Assembly: GCA_016187405.1 (NCBI GenBank)
Contig: JACPJS010000006.1
Location: 1 to 54,926 of the forward strand
DNA: 54,926 nt
Source: Candidatus Aenigmatarchaeota archaeon
GTDB taxonomy: Archaea; Aenigmatarchaeota; Aenigmatarchaeia; CG10238-14; SCSR01
Direction: 5' to 3'
Positions 37,158-45,910 of this stretch are shown one piece after another (position 1 is the stretch's first letter; every line of letters begins with the position of its first letter). The notes beneath the pieces are model-generated. The model was not told the origin of the DNA. It did not search any database and worked only from the letters and a program-made list of their open reading frames with translations. The translations under genes and the position numbers were made by a program.

Positions 37158-37427
37158 TTCTCTTCTTTTCTGTTCAAGAGCAGAAACGACATTCCAAATC
37201 TTCGTTCTTGCGTATATCGGCATGTTAGGATCGTTTATTATCTCATCTAATGTATGGATAGCAGTACTGATTTTCATCTCCCAGCTTTCACCATCACCAA
37301 TCAAATAATTTTTTGAAGCCTCTGCAGAACTACGAATATTCTTAGGAACAGTCCTGTCGTTGATAATTTCATCAAGGAGAGTTACCACACCACCGAATTC
37401 AGCTACATCCATAACATCACTTTTCAA
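37149..37427 (-). CDS. UPF0147-family protein
   Basis: Two repeats LLDEIINDRTVPKNIR and TLDEIINDPNMPIYARTKIWN, as in archaeal UPF0147 proteins. Confidence 0.7.
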   Translation of the reverse strand: MKSDVMDVAEFGGVVTLLDEIINDRTVPKNIRSSAEASKNYLIGDGESWEMKISTAIHTLDEIINDPNMPIYARTKIWNVVSALEQKRRELG

Positions 37428-37758
37428 GCAGCTTCTTCAATTCGGTCTCAAGTTCCTTCACTTTAGAAATAATTTTCTCTTCAGCCTTTTCTATGGATTG
37501 TAATCTTATCTCGACCGCTTCTTTTGTTTCATTCAATTCAGCCTTCACTTCTTCGACATTTTTATTGATCATGATGTTCCCGCTTATCTTGTATACCTTC
37601 TCTTCCTTCACTTTGGCAAGTTCTTCAAGAGTCTTTTCAATCTCGATCAGCTGCATCTGCATTGTCTCCTTCTGTACCATCAGGTTTTGCATTTGCTGCT
37701 GATAATTTTGATACTGCGCTATCTTTTCCCTTGCTTCTTTTTCATCCAACTTTCTCAA
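37417..37758 (-). CDS. pfdB: Prefoldin beta subunit
   Basis: 113 aa coiled-coil / beta-hairpin / coiled-coil (YQNYQQQMQNL...VYKISGNIMINKNVEEVKAEL...). Confidence 0.85.
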   Translation of the reverse strand: MRKLDEKEAREKIAQYQNYQQQMQNLMVQKETMQMQLIEIEKTLEELAKVKEEKVYKISGNIMINKNVEEVKAELNETKEAVEIRLQSIEKAEEKIISKVKELETELKKLLEK

Positions 37759-37966
37759 CCTCTTCTAACATGTTAACTAATGATATATAGTTATTTAAAA
37801 TCGCCTTCAAATAGTTCAGCTTCTTGCTTTTAACATTTATCAGAAGGAATTCTCCGTCAACAGACATTTGTGTATCTGTGTTCTCATCGTTTTTGATGTC
37901 CGGTTCGAGACTTTTTCTTACAGCATCAGGACGAGTGCATTTTAATTTTAAACTTGCTTCGTACAT
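37742..37966 (-). CDS. pcc1: KEOPS complex subunit Pcc1
   Basis: 74 aa. ASLKLKCTRPDAVRKSLEPD...LLINVKSKKLNYLKAILNNYISLVN matches the Pcc1 pattern and the usual neighbourhood. Confidence 0.7.
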   Translation of the reverse strand: MYEASLKLKCTRPDAVRKSLEPDIKNDENTDTQMSVDGEFLLINVKSKKLNYLKAILNNYISLVNMLEEVEKVG

Positions 37967-37998
37967 TAGTTATTGTTTCAGAACAAAGTTTAAATAAG

Positions 37999-38373
37999 TC
38001 ACTTGGTTTTCTGTAGTTTTTGTTTCCAGTAATAAAGTTTTGTTGTGTCATCTGGCCATTTTTTCCAATGATCATATAATTTAAGAAATTCGACATCAAC
38101 CGACAAATCAACCATTCTCCATTCAGGATCCTTTTTATCTTCAGATGTAGGTTTTCTCACCGAACTTAAAATTCGTTTATCGGAAGCACCAAATTTAATA
38201 AAATTCTTTTGTGCTTCAATCAAAGAAACTCTATTAGGACCTACAGGTCTATTTGCTGTTATATAGTCTCCCAAGTCATCTTGCCAAAAACATATTTTAC
38301 AAATATCCTCACAACCAAGAGGTCCAGGAAGTGTTTCATATCCGCAACAAGGACATGTAAACTTTTTATCCAT
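37999..38373 (-). CDS. CPCC-family cysteine-rich protein
   Basis: N-terminus FTCPCCGYETLPGPLGCEDICKICFWQDD is the CPCC-domain signature. Confidence 0.7.
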   Translation of the reverse strand: MDKKFTCPCCGYETLPGPLGCEDICKICFWQDDLGDYITANRPVGPNRVSLIEAQKNFIKFGASDKRILSSVRKPTSEDKKDPEWRMVDLSVDVEFLKLYDHWKKWPDDTTKLYYWKQKLQKTK

Positions 38374-38377
38374 ATTA

Positions 38378-38506
38378 CTACCTTGCTAGAACTCTCTTCA
38401 CAACAGTAGGTCTCATCTTTACGAACACTCTCTGACCGCAGAATGGACATCTGATCTTGTCTTCAAGTTTTCCCACTACTTTTTTACATGCAATGCATTT
38501 GTACAT
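38378..38506 (-). CDS. rpoP: DNA-directed RNA polymerase subunit P (Rpo12), 42 aa, not in the ORF track
   Basis: Hand translation: MYKCIACKKVVGKLEDKIRCPFCGQRVFVKMRPTVVKRVLAR. Zn ribbon plus the K.RP..V motif. Confidence 0.85.
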   Translation of the reverse strand: MYKCIACKKVVGKLEDKIRCPFCGQRVFVKMRPTVVKRVLAR

Positions 38507-38509
38507 AAT

Positions 38510-38719
38510 CTACCTCGTGTAAGCCTTTCCTGTGAACTTATTACCGCATTTTCCACAAATAAAAATACCTTTTGACACTCTTTTGACATAATTCATACCG
38601 CATTTTGGACAGATTGTTCTTTGTCTTTCAATCTTTTCTATATCTCTGACCAAGTCTCGTCCTTTCTTCCCGTATCTAGGTCCGAACCTTCCTGCTGATC
38701 CTACTTTTTTCGTCTTCAT
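38510..38719 (-). CDS. rpl37ae: 50S ribosomal protein L37Ae (L43e)
   Basis: KKVGSAGRFGPRYGKKGR...CPKCG...CGKCGNKFTG. Confidence 0.9.
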   Translation of the reverse strand: MKTKKVGSAGRFGPRYGKKGRDLVRDIEKIERQRTICPKCGMNYVKRVSKGIFICGKCGNKFTGKAYTR

Positions 38720-38720
38720 C

Positions 38721-38972
38721 TTATCTCAATATCCTGAATTTTTGTTTTTGTGATATCTGTCCCAATATGTCCTTCAACTGTTCATCTGAAATCATTTTAT
38801 TTATCTTCCCGCCTTCATAAAGCTGAACCAAGTACAGTTCTAACTGGTTTGCGATTTCAGGTTTTACTACTCTTATCCTTCCCAGTCTTTCGATTGCCTC
38901 TTTGGTCAATAATTTTTTAATAACAGTCTTTTTCATCTCTTCGAGCTTTTGTAACTGTTCATGCTCGTTCAT
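38721..38972 (-). CDS. PDCD5/TFAR19-like DNA-binding protein
   Basis: 83 aa. LTKEAIERLGRIRVVKPEIANQLELYLVQL matches the dsDNA-binding family that usually follows rps19e. Confidence 0.8.
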   Translation of the reverse strand: MNEHEQLQKLEEMKKTVIKKLLTKEAIERLGRIRVVKPEIANQLELYLVQLYEGGKINKMISDEQLKDILGQISQKQKFRILR

Positions 38973-39391
38973 TGTTTGCTCACTTCGTGTGCAACTTTGT
39001 CCAAAAGCTTTCTTCCCATCGGAGACAATTTCCTTCCTTTCTTGTCTGCGAGCTTTTCAACCAGTCCTGCAGTCTCCAATTGCTGCAATATCTTCCTGAT
39101 CGAATTTCCGGAAGCTTCTCTAAAACGAGCCGGCTTGTGTCCTCTTCTCTTCTTGCCGCCGAAATAACTTCTCAATCTCTCTACGCCAACAGGTGCATCA
39201 ATGTACAATCTTCTCAAAATGGACGCGCTTCTCACATGCCAGAAATCTTCCTGCTGCGGTATCCTGTCTCTGTGCACGCCTGACTTGACATAAAGGCTCC
39301 ACTCAGGTCTGGATATCTCCTTGATCTTCTTCAGTTCTTCCTTTAACAGAGTGTTGAATTTCTCTGGATTTACTTCTCTAGCCGAAATCAT
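38969..39391 (-). CDS. rps19e: 30S ribosomal protein S19e
   Basis: PEWSLYVKSGVHRDRIPQQEDFWHVRSASILRRLY...GSIRKILQQLETAGLVEK. ATG at 39391 preferred. Confidence 0.9.
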   Translation of the reverse strand: MISAREVNPEKFNTLLKEELKKIKEISRPEWSLYVKSGVHRDRIPQQEDFWHVRSASILRRLYIDAPVGVERLRSYFGGKKRRGHKPARFREASGNSIRKILQQLETAGLVEKLADKKGRKLSPMGRKLLDKVAHEVSKQ

Positions 39392-39475
39392 ACTATATCC
39401 TTTGGAATTGCAAGGTTTATAAATTTTATACAGATCTCGAATAATCAATATAATTCGCCAAAATCAAATTAGAAT

Positions 39476-40696
39476 GTGCCAAAGTCTAGGAAAAATGCTA
39501 CCAAACTTGACAGGATTCTTGACAATCTGAGTGCACCTGCGATTTCCATAGGAGGAATAATAGGCTCTGGAATATTTTTTATAATAGGCATTGCCGCAGG
39601 AGTAGCAGGATCAGGACTTGTTATATCATTATTATTGGGCGGATTAGTCGCGTTTCTAACTGCATTGAGTTTCGCATCATTGAGTTCTAAAATCCCGAAA
39701 GAAGGCGGTGAATACCAGTTCGTATACAAGGCGTTCGGACGAAAGCTGGGAATGTTTACAGGAATAATGTGGCTGCTGATAACCGCGATAGGCGGAGTGA
39801 CGGCAAGTCTTGCACTGGGAAGTTATTTTTTCACACTGTTCCCTATTCTATCACCGAATATAATAGCAGCAATAGTGTGCATAGCATTTGTTTCTACAGA
39901 TCTAGTCGGTCTAAGATTTTCATCAAAAATAAATAACATTTTTGTTATCACCAAAGTTGCAGTCCTGCTATTATTCATTGCACTGACGATACCAGCAGTG
40001 AAACTTGCCAACTTCAACAATGTTTTAGCAACGGGCAAAGAGGGAATACTTGCAGGAACGTTCCTGATATTTTTCGCATACGCAGGTTTCGGCAAAGTAA
40101 CAGCTGCTGCAGAGGAAGTGAAGAACGCAAGAAAGACACTACCGCTTGCAATAGTGGAAGCGATCATAGTATGTACATTGATTTACTTGATAATAGGATT
40201 CACATCAGTCGGTTCGATAGGTGCAGAAACACTTGCGTCACCAAGATATTCGACTGCACCATTAGGATTCATTCTAAGTGACCTTGGATACCAGTGGGGA
40301 TTCGTTATAATTTCAATCGGTGCAGTAATCGCTACAGCAAATGTAGTTTTGATACAAGTGTTGGGATTGTCCAGGACGATATTCGCGATGTCAAAGAACA
40401 AACAATTACCGAATTTTCTTTCTGAATTGCATCCGAGATTCAAAACTCCGTATAAAGCAGAAACAATCTTGGCAATACTCATGGCAGCTACGGCAATGCT
40501 TCTGAATTTTAGAACCGTGATTGCATTGACAGGTTTAGGAATTCTTGCATATTATTCATTGGTAAATCTTTCTGCAATTGTCGTCTTGAAGAAGAAATGG
40601 TTTGATTCCCACAGAATACTTTCCATCCTAGGATTTTTGTCATGCATTGGTTTGATATTATATTATCTCATCACAGTCGGCATTCCAATTCTATGA
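39476..40696 (+). CDS. Amino acid permease (APC superfamily)
   Basis: 406 aa, about 12 TM. N-terminal ISIGGIIGSGIFF motif. GTG start as given in the track. Confidence 0.85.
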   Translation: MPKSRKNATKLDRILDNLSAPAISIGGIIGSGIFFIIGIAAGVAGSGLVISLLLGGLVAFLTALSFASLSSKIPKEGGEYQFVYKAFGRKLGMFTGIMWLLITAIGGVTASLALGSYFFTLFPILSPNIIAAIVCIAFVSTDLVGLRFSSKINNIFVITKVAVLLLFIALTIPAVKLANFNNVLATGKEGILAGTFLIFFAYAGFGKVTAAAEEVKNARKTLPLAIVEAIIVCTLIYLIIGFTSVGSIGAETLASPRYSTAPLGFILSDLGYQWGFVIISIGAVIATANVVLIQVLGLSRTIFAMSKNKQLPNFLSELHPRFKTPYKAETILAILMAATAMLLNFRTVIALTGLGILAYYSLVNLSAIVVLKKKWFDSHRILSILGFLSCIGLILYYLITVGIPIL

Positions 40697-40873
40697 TTTC
40701 CTTTTGTTCTTCCTGTAATTGTATGCAATCATGCATGCTGAGAAAAGAAATCCCAATGGCGACAATATAGAAAGTATAACTAAAATTACTGCATTGTTTT
40801 TCTTTTTGGATTTTTCAACCAGCCATTCACCGAAATCCACTGCTATGTCAAGTATCTTTCTTTCTGTTTTCAT
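40691..40873 (-). CDS. Possible small single-TM protein
   Basis: 60-aa ORF directly downstream of the Rpp21 gene. One hydrophobic helix and a basic tail. No family recognised. Confidence 0.35.
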   Translation of the reverse strand: MKTERKILDIAVDFGEWLVEKSKKKNNAVILVILSILSPLGFLFSACMIAYNYRKNKRKS

Positions 40874-40877
40874 TCAA

Positions 40878-41201
40878 TCACTTGTATGGATACCTGTAGA
40901 TTTTCTTGCAATTTAAGCATGTGACGTTCACTGTCTTCGTGTCCTTGTCCAATCTTGTCTGGCTTGTAACACCCGGTTTCAATAACGTGTTGCATTTCTT
41001 GCAGAATGATCTCTTTTCATTTTCAATCAAACGTACGTTGTATCTTAGTGCAATCTTTTGTGCGAGCTCTACATATCTTCTCGACCTTTCAATGTGTTTT
41101 CTGAATTCTTTCTCTGCAACAGATAACAATATGTCAATCCTTTCTCTTGCGAGTCTTGTCTGATATTCGGGTTTTTTTGATCGGTTCATATCACACCTCA
41201 T
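40878..41201 (-). CDS. rnp4: RNase P protein component 4 (Rpp21 family)
   Basis: LARERIDILLSVAE...ALRYNVRL, then zinc ribbon FCKKC...CLNC. The start may be the ATG at 41189. Confidence 0.8.
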   Translation of the reverse strand: MRCDMNRSKKPEYQTRLARERIDILLSVAEKEFRKHIERSRRYVELAQKIALRYNVRLIENEKRSFCKKCNTLLKPGVTSQTRLDKDTKTVNVTCLNCKKIYRYPYK

Positions 41202-41952
41202 TAAAAGCTTCGAAGAATGCGGCGACTAAAGGCGCACCTAATGCTATCCATAAAACAACTTCTTCTATTGGTATGCCCACGCCAGCTATGTTAACCAGTG
41301 TATAATATTGTCCTGGGAACCACCAAAATCCAAGCTTAAGGGCTATTATTTCATAAATTATAGAAAACATCAAAAAAATTATTGATAGCTCTAAAAATTT
41401 CGGACCCAAATTAGGCTTCTTGTGAATTACATAAAGCAATATTAAAACAGTTGGTAATCCGAAGAATTTTGCATAAGCATAATCAATCTCAGGTGGACCT
41501 AGAAAAATCCAGATACCCAACGCCAAAAACGCACAAAAAGAAAGAATTATAAGCCAGTTATAATTGTAATTATTTGCTGCCGGATGATGTTTGAAATCTA
41601 AAAATATTTTGTAAACAGTCAAGACAATAGCGCCGTATCCCAAACCCCATATTATCGACTCCAGAGGTACATATGTAAGTAATTTCAGAGTAGAAGAACT
41701 TGTTACCCATGCCTTGTTGTATTCAGCAAAATATTCAACCAACAATGATCCCACCAATCCAAACGGCAAGACGAAAATCAAAATTTTCTTTCTGATATTC
41801 TTGTATTTCAATAGAAGATAAATCGACGGTACTACAAGGTAAAGAAAGGTGCTGTACAGATGATTCAATCTCAATATCATTATCAGGAATGTGGAGGCAA
41901 TGAAAAACAACACCAAGATGATTGCATCCAACCTTTTCCTATCCAATTCCAT
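41191..41952 (-). CDS. Hypothetical polytopic membrane protein
   Basis: 253 aa, about 7 TM. Single PIEE motif near the C-terminus. Family not assigned. Confidence 0.5.
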   Translation of the reverse strand: MELDRKRLDAIILVLFFIASTFLIMILRLNHLYSTFLYLVVPSIYLLLKYKNIRKKILIFVLPFGLVGSLLVEYFAEYNKAWVTSSSTLKLLTYVPLESIIWGLGYGAIVLTVYKIFLDFKHHPAANNYNYNWLIILSFCAFLALGIWIFLGPPEIDYAYAKFFGLPTVLILLYVIHKKPNLGPKFLELSIIFLMFSIIYEIIALKLGFWWFPGQYYTLVNIAGVGIPIEEVVLWIALGAPLVAAFFEAFNEV

Positions 41953-41981
41953 AATCTTAATTGAATTTTAGAAAATTAAAG

Positions 41982-42055
41982 TGGGGTTGTAGGGATTTGA
42001 ACCCTAATCGCAAGGTCCCAAACCTCGAATCGTAACCAAGTTGGACCACAACCCC
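41982..42055 (-). tRNA. tRNA-Pro (anticodon TGG)
   Basis: Hand-folded. Acceptor GGGGTTG/CAACCCC; anticodon arm CGAGG-TTTGGGA-CCTTG; T arm TAGGG-TTCAAAT-CCCTA; U8, A14, G18G19 present; discriminator A. Confidence 0.85.
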
Positions 42056-42093
42056 GATTTAATAAGGATTCTTGTTAATGTAATATAAGGACA

Positions 42094-42687
42094 ATGAATA
42101 AAAAGACTTTGCACAAGACAATGTTTGTGGTTGGTCTAGTAATAACTTTCTTATCATTAATTGCAGCTTTCCTTGGTATAAACAATTGGTATTTTCCTGC
42201 TGTTATTGGCGTCTGGTTTATTTTTGATTATCTTTCTTTAAATAAAAATTCTACATTCCGAATTTTTTTGGAGGACAAGAAACAATTCTTCAACTTATAT
42301 TTAATAATGCTTTTCTTAGGTGGTTCGATAGAATTCATAGGAAGAGAAGTATTGGATTGGTGGGTATATCCACATATAAATTCGATTTTGGGAGAAATTC
42401 TATTACTTTTATTCTATCCTTTCATTCTTTTTTCATTTAGGGAAATGTTCATCACAATGAACAATTTTATGCACAATAAAAATACAGCTTTTCTACTGTC
42501 TACTATCCTAGGAATTATCATATGGGAAATACCAAACTTGTATTCAGTCGATTGGATATACCTCAGTAACTATACACGAATTTTGACCTTACCAATTAAC
42601 ATTATAGTAAGTTGGGTTTTCCTGATATTGTTACCAGTTTATGTTTACAACGATATCTTCAAGATAAAGACAAGAAAAGTAAAATGA
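42094..42687 (+). CDS. Hypothetical polytopic membrane protein (AT-rich gene)
   Basis: 197 aa, about 6 TM. No family recognised. Its stop codon abuts the tRNA-Pro(GGG) 3' end. Confidence 0.5.
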   Translation: MNKKTLHKTMFVVGLVITFLSLIAAFLGINNWYFPAVIGVWFIFDYLSLNKNSTFRIFLEDKKQFFNLYLIMLFLGGSIEFIGREVLDWWVYPHINSILGEILLLLFYPFILFSFREMFITMNNFMHNKNTAFLLSTILGIIIWEIPNLYSVDWIYLSNYTRILTLPINIIVSWVFLILLPVYVYNDIFKIKTRKVK

Positions 42688-42761
42688 TGGGATCGTCGAG
42701 ATTTGAACTCGAATCGCAGCCACCCCAAGGCTGAGTGAGGACCAAGTTACACTACGACCCC
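42688..42761 (-). tRNA. tRNA-Pro (anticodon GGG)
   Basis: Hand-folded. Acceptor GGGGTCG/CGATCCC (one G-U); anticodon arm CAGCC-TTGGGGT-GGCTG; T arm TCGAG-TTCAAAT-CTCGA; discriminator A. Confidence 0.85.
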
Positions 42762-42795
42762 ATCAATATTTGATATAAAATTCAATTTCATATAT

Positions 42796-44061
42796 ATGGC
42801 TTACGAGACTGTAGTCGGCAGGACAAAACCGGATTTTGAAAAGTATGGAGTAAAGTCTACTGGATATATAGGAAAGCACATAGTCGGTGAAGGCGAAGAG
42901 GCTCACCTGACAACAAAGGTTTTCTTTGATCTGCTAAAGCCGCATGTCGTTCTTGTCACGGGTAAAAGAGGTTCTGGCAAATCATATTCTGCAGCCGTGA
43001 TACTGGAAGAGTTCTCAATGCTACCAGATGAATACAGAAACAAGACAGCATTCGTAGTTTTCGATCCAGTCGGGATATACTGGAGCATGAAGTTCCCTAA
43101 TGATGAACAGATCAAGTTGTTGAACAGTTGGGAATTGGAACCGAGGGAGTTCAACAATGTAAAAGTATACGTGCCAGAGAAACAAATGGAAGATTATGAA
43201 AAGGCAGAGATACCTGTTGATGGAACTATAAGCATTGCATTGAGTGATCTGACCGCAGAAGATTTGATTCACGCATTCAATCTCGAAAGGACAAGTGAAC
43301 TTGCAGTGTCACTTGAAAAGAACTTCAACAATCTTCTGGAGACACAAAAAATATTCGGTGTTGATGATTTGCGTGATGAGATAGAAAGCGACGGTAGGAC
43401 AAACAAAGAAACCAAAGACGCACTGACAAACCTGTTGGATTTGTTGGCACAATGGAATGTCATCAAGAAAGAAGGAATGAAGATTTCTGAATTGGTGAAA
43501 CCAGGACAAATTACGGTATTTGATTTTTCAAGACTGCGCTCACAGGAAATCAGGACGCTTGTTGCAGGACTGATGTCGAGAGAAATCTTACAGCAGAGAA
43601 TTATTTCAAGAAAGGAAGAGGAGATAGCAAAACTTTCAAGTGAGACACCAAAGATGAAATTCCCATTGACATGGTTGGTGTTTGAAGAAGCGCATAATTT
43701 CGTTCCGTCAGATCACGATGTTAGTTCAAGCAATGATATCAAAAGGATTGCAAAGGAAGGACGTGAGCCTGGTGTAGGGTTGATTGTGATTACGCAGATG
43801 CCGAACAAAGTACATCAGGATGTAATATCACAGACAGATAGTGTTATTTCTTTTAGATTGACAAGCCGTGATGATTTGAACGCGTTGCATTCTGTCATGC
43901 AGACTTATATCGAGGAAGATTTGTACAAGTTCATAAATCGATTACCAAGGGGATTAGTTGGCAGTGCGGTCATCCTTGATGACAATTTGGAAAAAGTATT
44001 TACAGTAAACATCAGACCTAGAGTCAGCCATCATTCTGGTGGAACTGCAGTCATCGGATGA
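42796..44061 (+). CDS. HerA/DUF87-like P-loop ATPase
   Basis: Walker A VTGKRGSGKSYS, Walker B WLVFEEAHNF, ITQMPNKV, C-terminal RPRVSHHSGG as in HerA-like ATPases; 421 aa. Confidence 0.8.
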   Translation: MAYETVVGRTKPDFEKYGVKSTGYIGKHIVGEGEEAHLTTKVFFDLLKPHVVLVTGKRGSGKSYSAAVILEEFSMLPDEYRNKTAFVVFDPVGIYWSMKFPNDEQIKLLNSWELEPREFNNVKVYVPEKQMEDYEKAEIPVDGTISIALSDLTAEDLIHAFNLERTSELAVSLEKNFNNLLETQKIFGVDDLRDEIESDGRTNKETKDALTNLLDLLAQWNVIKKEGMKISELVKPGQITVFDFSRLRSQEIRTLVAGLMSREILQQRIISRKEEEIAKLSSETPKMKFPLTWLVFEEAHNFVPSDHDVSSSNDIKRIAKEGREPGVGLIVITQMPNKVHQDVISQTDSVISFRLTSRDDLNALHSVMQTYIEEDLYKFINRLPRGLVGSAVILDDNLEKVFTVNIRPRVSHHSGGTAVIG

Positions 44062-44312
44062 TTTTTATATGGATTTCTTGATTTGATTCTCAATAATCTC
44101 AATTTTGGAGAATTTGTTTCAAAATCAACACCAGTGGTTATAATTTGAGTGTCTCTTCTTCTTTCTCGCAAAGGTTCTTCAGATGCATTGTCAAATAACC
44201 ATCGTCTATATCGTTCAGGTTCGTACTCCGATATTATTCGATATATTTCATCTTCTAGATAGTGAGACCAATTCCACGGCAAATATTTAAAAAACGGAAA
44301 ATTAATTTTCAT
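44031..44312 (-). CDS. Hypothetical small protein downstream of the GTPase gene
   Basis: 93-aa ORF starting 5 nt after the GTPase stop. Its 3' end overlaps the ATPase gene by 31 nt. No family recognised. Confidence 0.35.
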   Translation of the reverse strand: MKINFPFFKYLPWNWSHYLEDEIYRIISEYEPERYRRWLFDNASEEPLRERRRDTQIITTGVDFETNSPKLRLLRIKSRNPYKNHPMTAVPPE

Positions 44313-44316
44313 TTTC

Positions 44317-45876
44317 TCAACTCAAAACTTTGGTTACAGTTCCGATTCCTTTTGTTTTTCCTTCTCTGAAAATAAATCTGTCACCTTCTTCCATGTAATG
44401 CGGAGAATATTTGAAAGTGAATTTCACATTTCCGGTCTCACCAGCCTTAAGATAATCCTTGCCAGTCAGTTCGACTCTTGCAGATTCTGCAACAGTAGCG
44501 ACATGTATAACAGGCTCGTAACCATCAGTAATTCTTGTAGGATGTGTAAGAACTAGGATATCTGCTTCGAAACTCTTTACAACCTTAGGTGCAGTTTCAC
44601 ACAATATCATCCCACGTTCAAGGTCATCATAATTCACACCTCTCAATGCAATGCCGACAACAAATCCAGTATCAGCTTCTGTGACACGATGATAATGTGT
44701 TTCAATGCTCGTTGCTTTTACTCTTCTGAATTTTCCTTCCTCATCAGGACCTAACATCAATTCTTTTCCTGCTTGGAGTTTTCCTTGTTTGATTGTCCCA
44801 GAAACAACAGTACCCACACCACTGACGTTGTAAATCTTATCGATGAACATTATCAACGGCTTGCTGAAGTTCTTTCTTCTCTCAGGAAGGTCTAGTAAAA
44901 ATTTCTTCAACAAATCATATCCCTCCAATGTGACCGAAGATGTTTTCAAAATAGGGACAATCGTATCGAGCTTGTCTATTGTAACGTTCAGATCATTCTC
45001 ATCTTTAATGTTGTAAGGTATCCTTCCGATGTTCTTCAACAGTTCGTCTATCTGTGTTTCTGTCTCTTCGATTTTTCTCTTGCTTGCGCGGTCAATCTTT
45101 GTAAGACAAACTATCACAGGTATGTTCATCGCAATCAACAGACCAAGATGTTCTTTTGTGATATGTGTGACACCATCATCTGTCGCAACAACCAACAATC
45201 CATAATCAATATTCTGTCCGACCAATCCACGTATTGTAGTTTTAACCCATGGTTCGTGTCCGACTGTATCGATGAAGCTGATTAATTTATCAGAACCCTC
45301 TGCTACTCGCGCGCGTTCTTTTTTATCAAGAGGATTTTTCAGATGAATCGGTTTTCCATGTTTGAATCCGAACAATGCATAATGCAAATCTGCAGAAAGG
45401 TTCCTTTCAATCTCATGCGGGAGCGTGTCGAGATACAGCCAATGTTTTCCACTAGTGTCAGGTTTTCCTGTCATCAATGTCCCGATGATTGTAGATTTCC
45501 CTGCGTTTACGTGGCCAGCACTTGCCACAACAAGATGATTCTTGATTCCGTTTTCTGATGCTTTGACAATAATTAATTTTCCAACAAGCCCTCCATTATC
45601 AGAAAACTTTTCCACCTTTTCGATTCTTGCATTGTTTTCTATCGCGATGACTTTCAGAACAGACATAGTCTCTTCGAAATCAAGTTCGCTCAACCCTTTC
45701 GATTTTCCATCGTCATCCACACCAATGACATATACAGCGGTACCATTGCCTATTTCCAGCAAATATTTCATCTGCGATGCAAGGTGCTGTTTCTTGATGT
45801 CCTTCAAATGGATTGACGGCGTCAGTTTCTCCTTGAATTCTATATTCTTATTTTCCTTTTGTGGCACGATCGACAT
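44317..45876 (-). CDS. GTPBP1-like translation-factor-family GTPase
   Basis: G1 GHVNAGKST, G3 DTVGHE, G4 TKID, followed by EF-Tu-like beta-barrel domains. N-terminal extension of about 115 aa. Confidence 0.8.
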   Translation of the reverse strand: MSIVPQKENKNIEFKEKLTPSIHLKDIKKQHLASQMKYLLEIGNGTAVYVIGVDDDGKSKGLSELDFEETMSVLKVIAIENNARIEKVEKFSDNGGLVGKLIIVKASENGIKNHLVVASAGHVNAGKSTIIGTLMTGKPDTSGKHWLYLDTLPHEIERNLSADLHYALFGFKHGKPIHLKNPLDKKERARVAEGSDKLISFIDTVGHEPWVKTTIRGLVGQNIDYGLLVVATDDGVTHITKEHLGLLIAMNIPVIVCLTKIDRASKRKIEETETQIDELLKNIGRIPYNIKDENDLNVTIDKLDTIVPILKTSSVTLEGYDLLKKFLLDLPERRKNFSKPLIMFIDKIYNVSGVGTVVSGTIKQGKLQAGKELMLGPDEEGKFRRVKATSIETHYHRVTEADTGFVVGIALRGVNYDDLERGMILCETAPKVVKSFEADILVLTHPTRITDGYEPVIHVATVAESARVELTGKDYLKAGETGNVKFTFKYSPHYMEEGDRFIFREGKTKGIGTVTKVLS

Positions 45877-45910
45877 ACAGTTCAATTCCGAAATTGAATT
45901 TTATAAAGCT

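Noticed and set aside
41191-41952. Lycopene-cyclase-domain assignment for the 253-aa membrane protein
   Set aside because: It rests only on a single PIEE motif near the C-terminus. That is not enough, so the gene is left as hypothetical.
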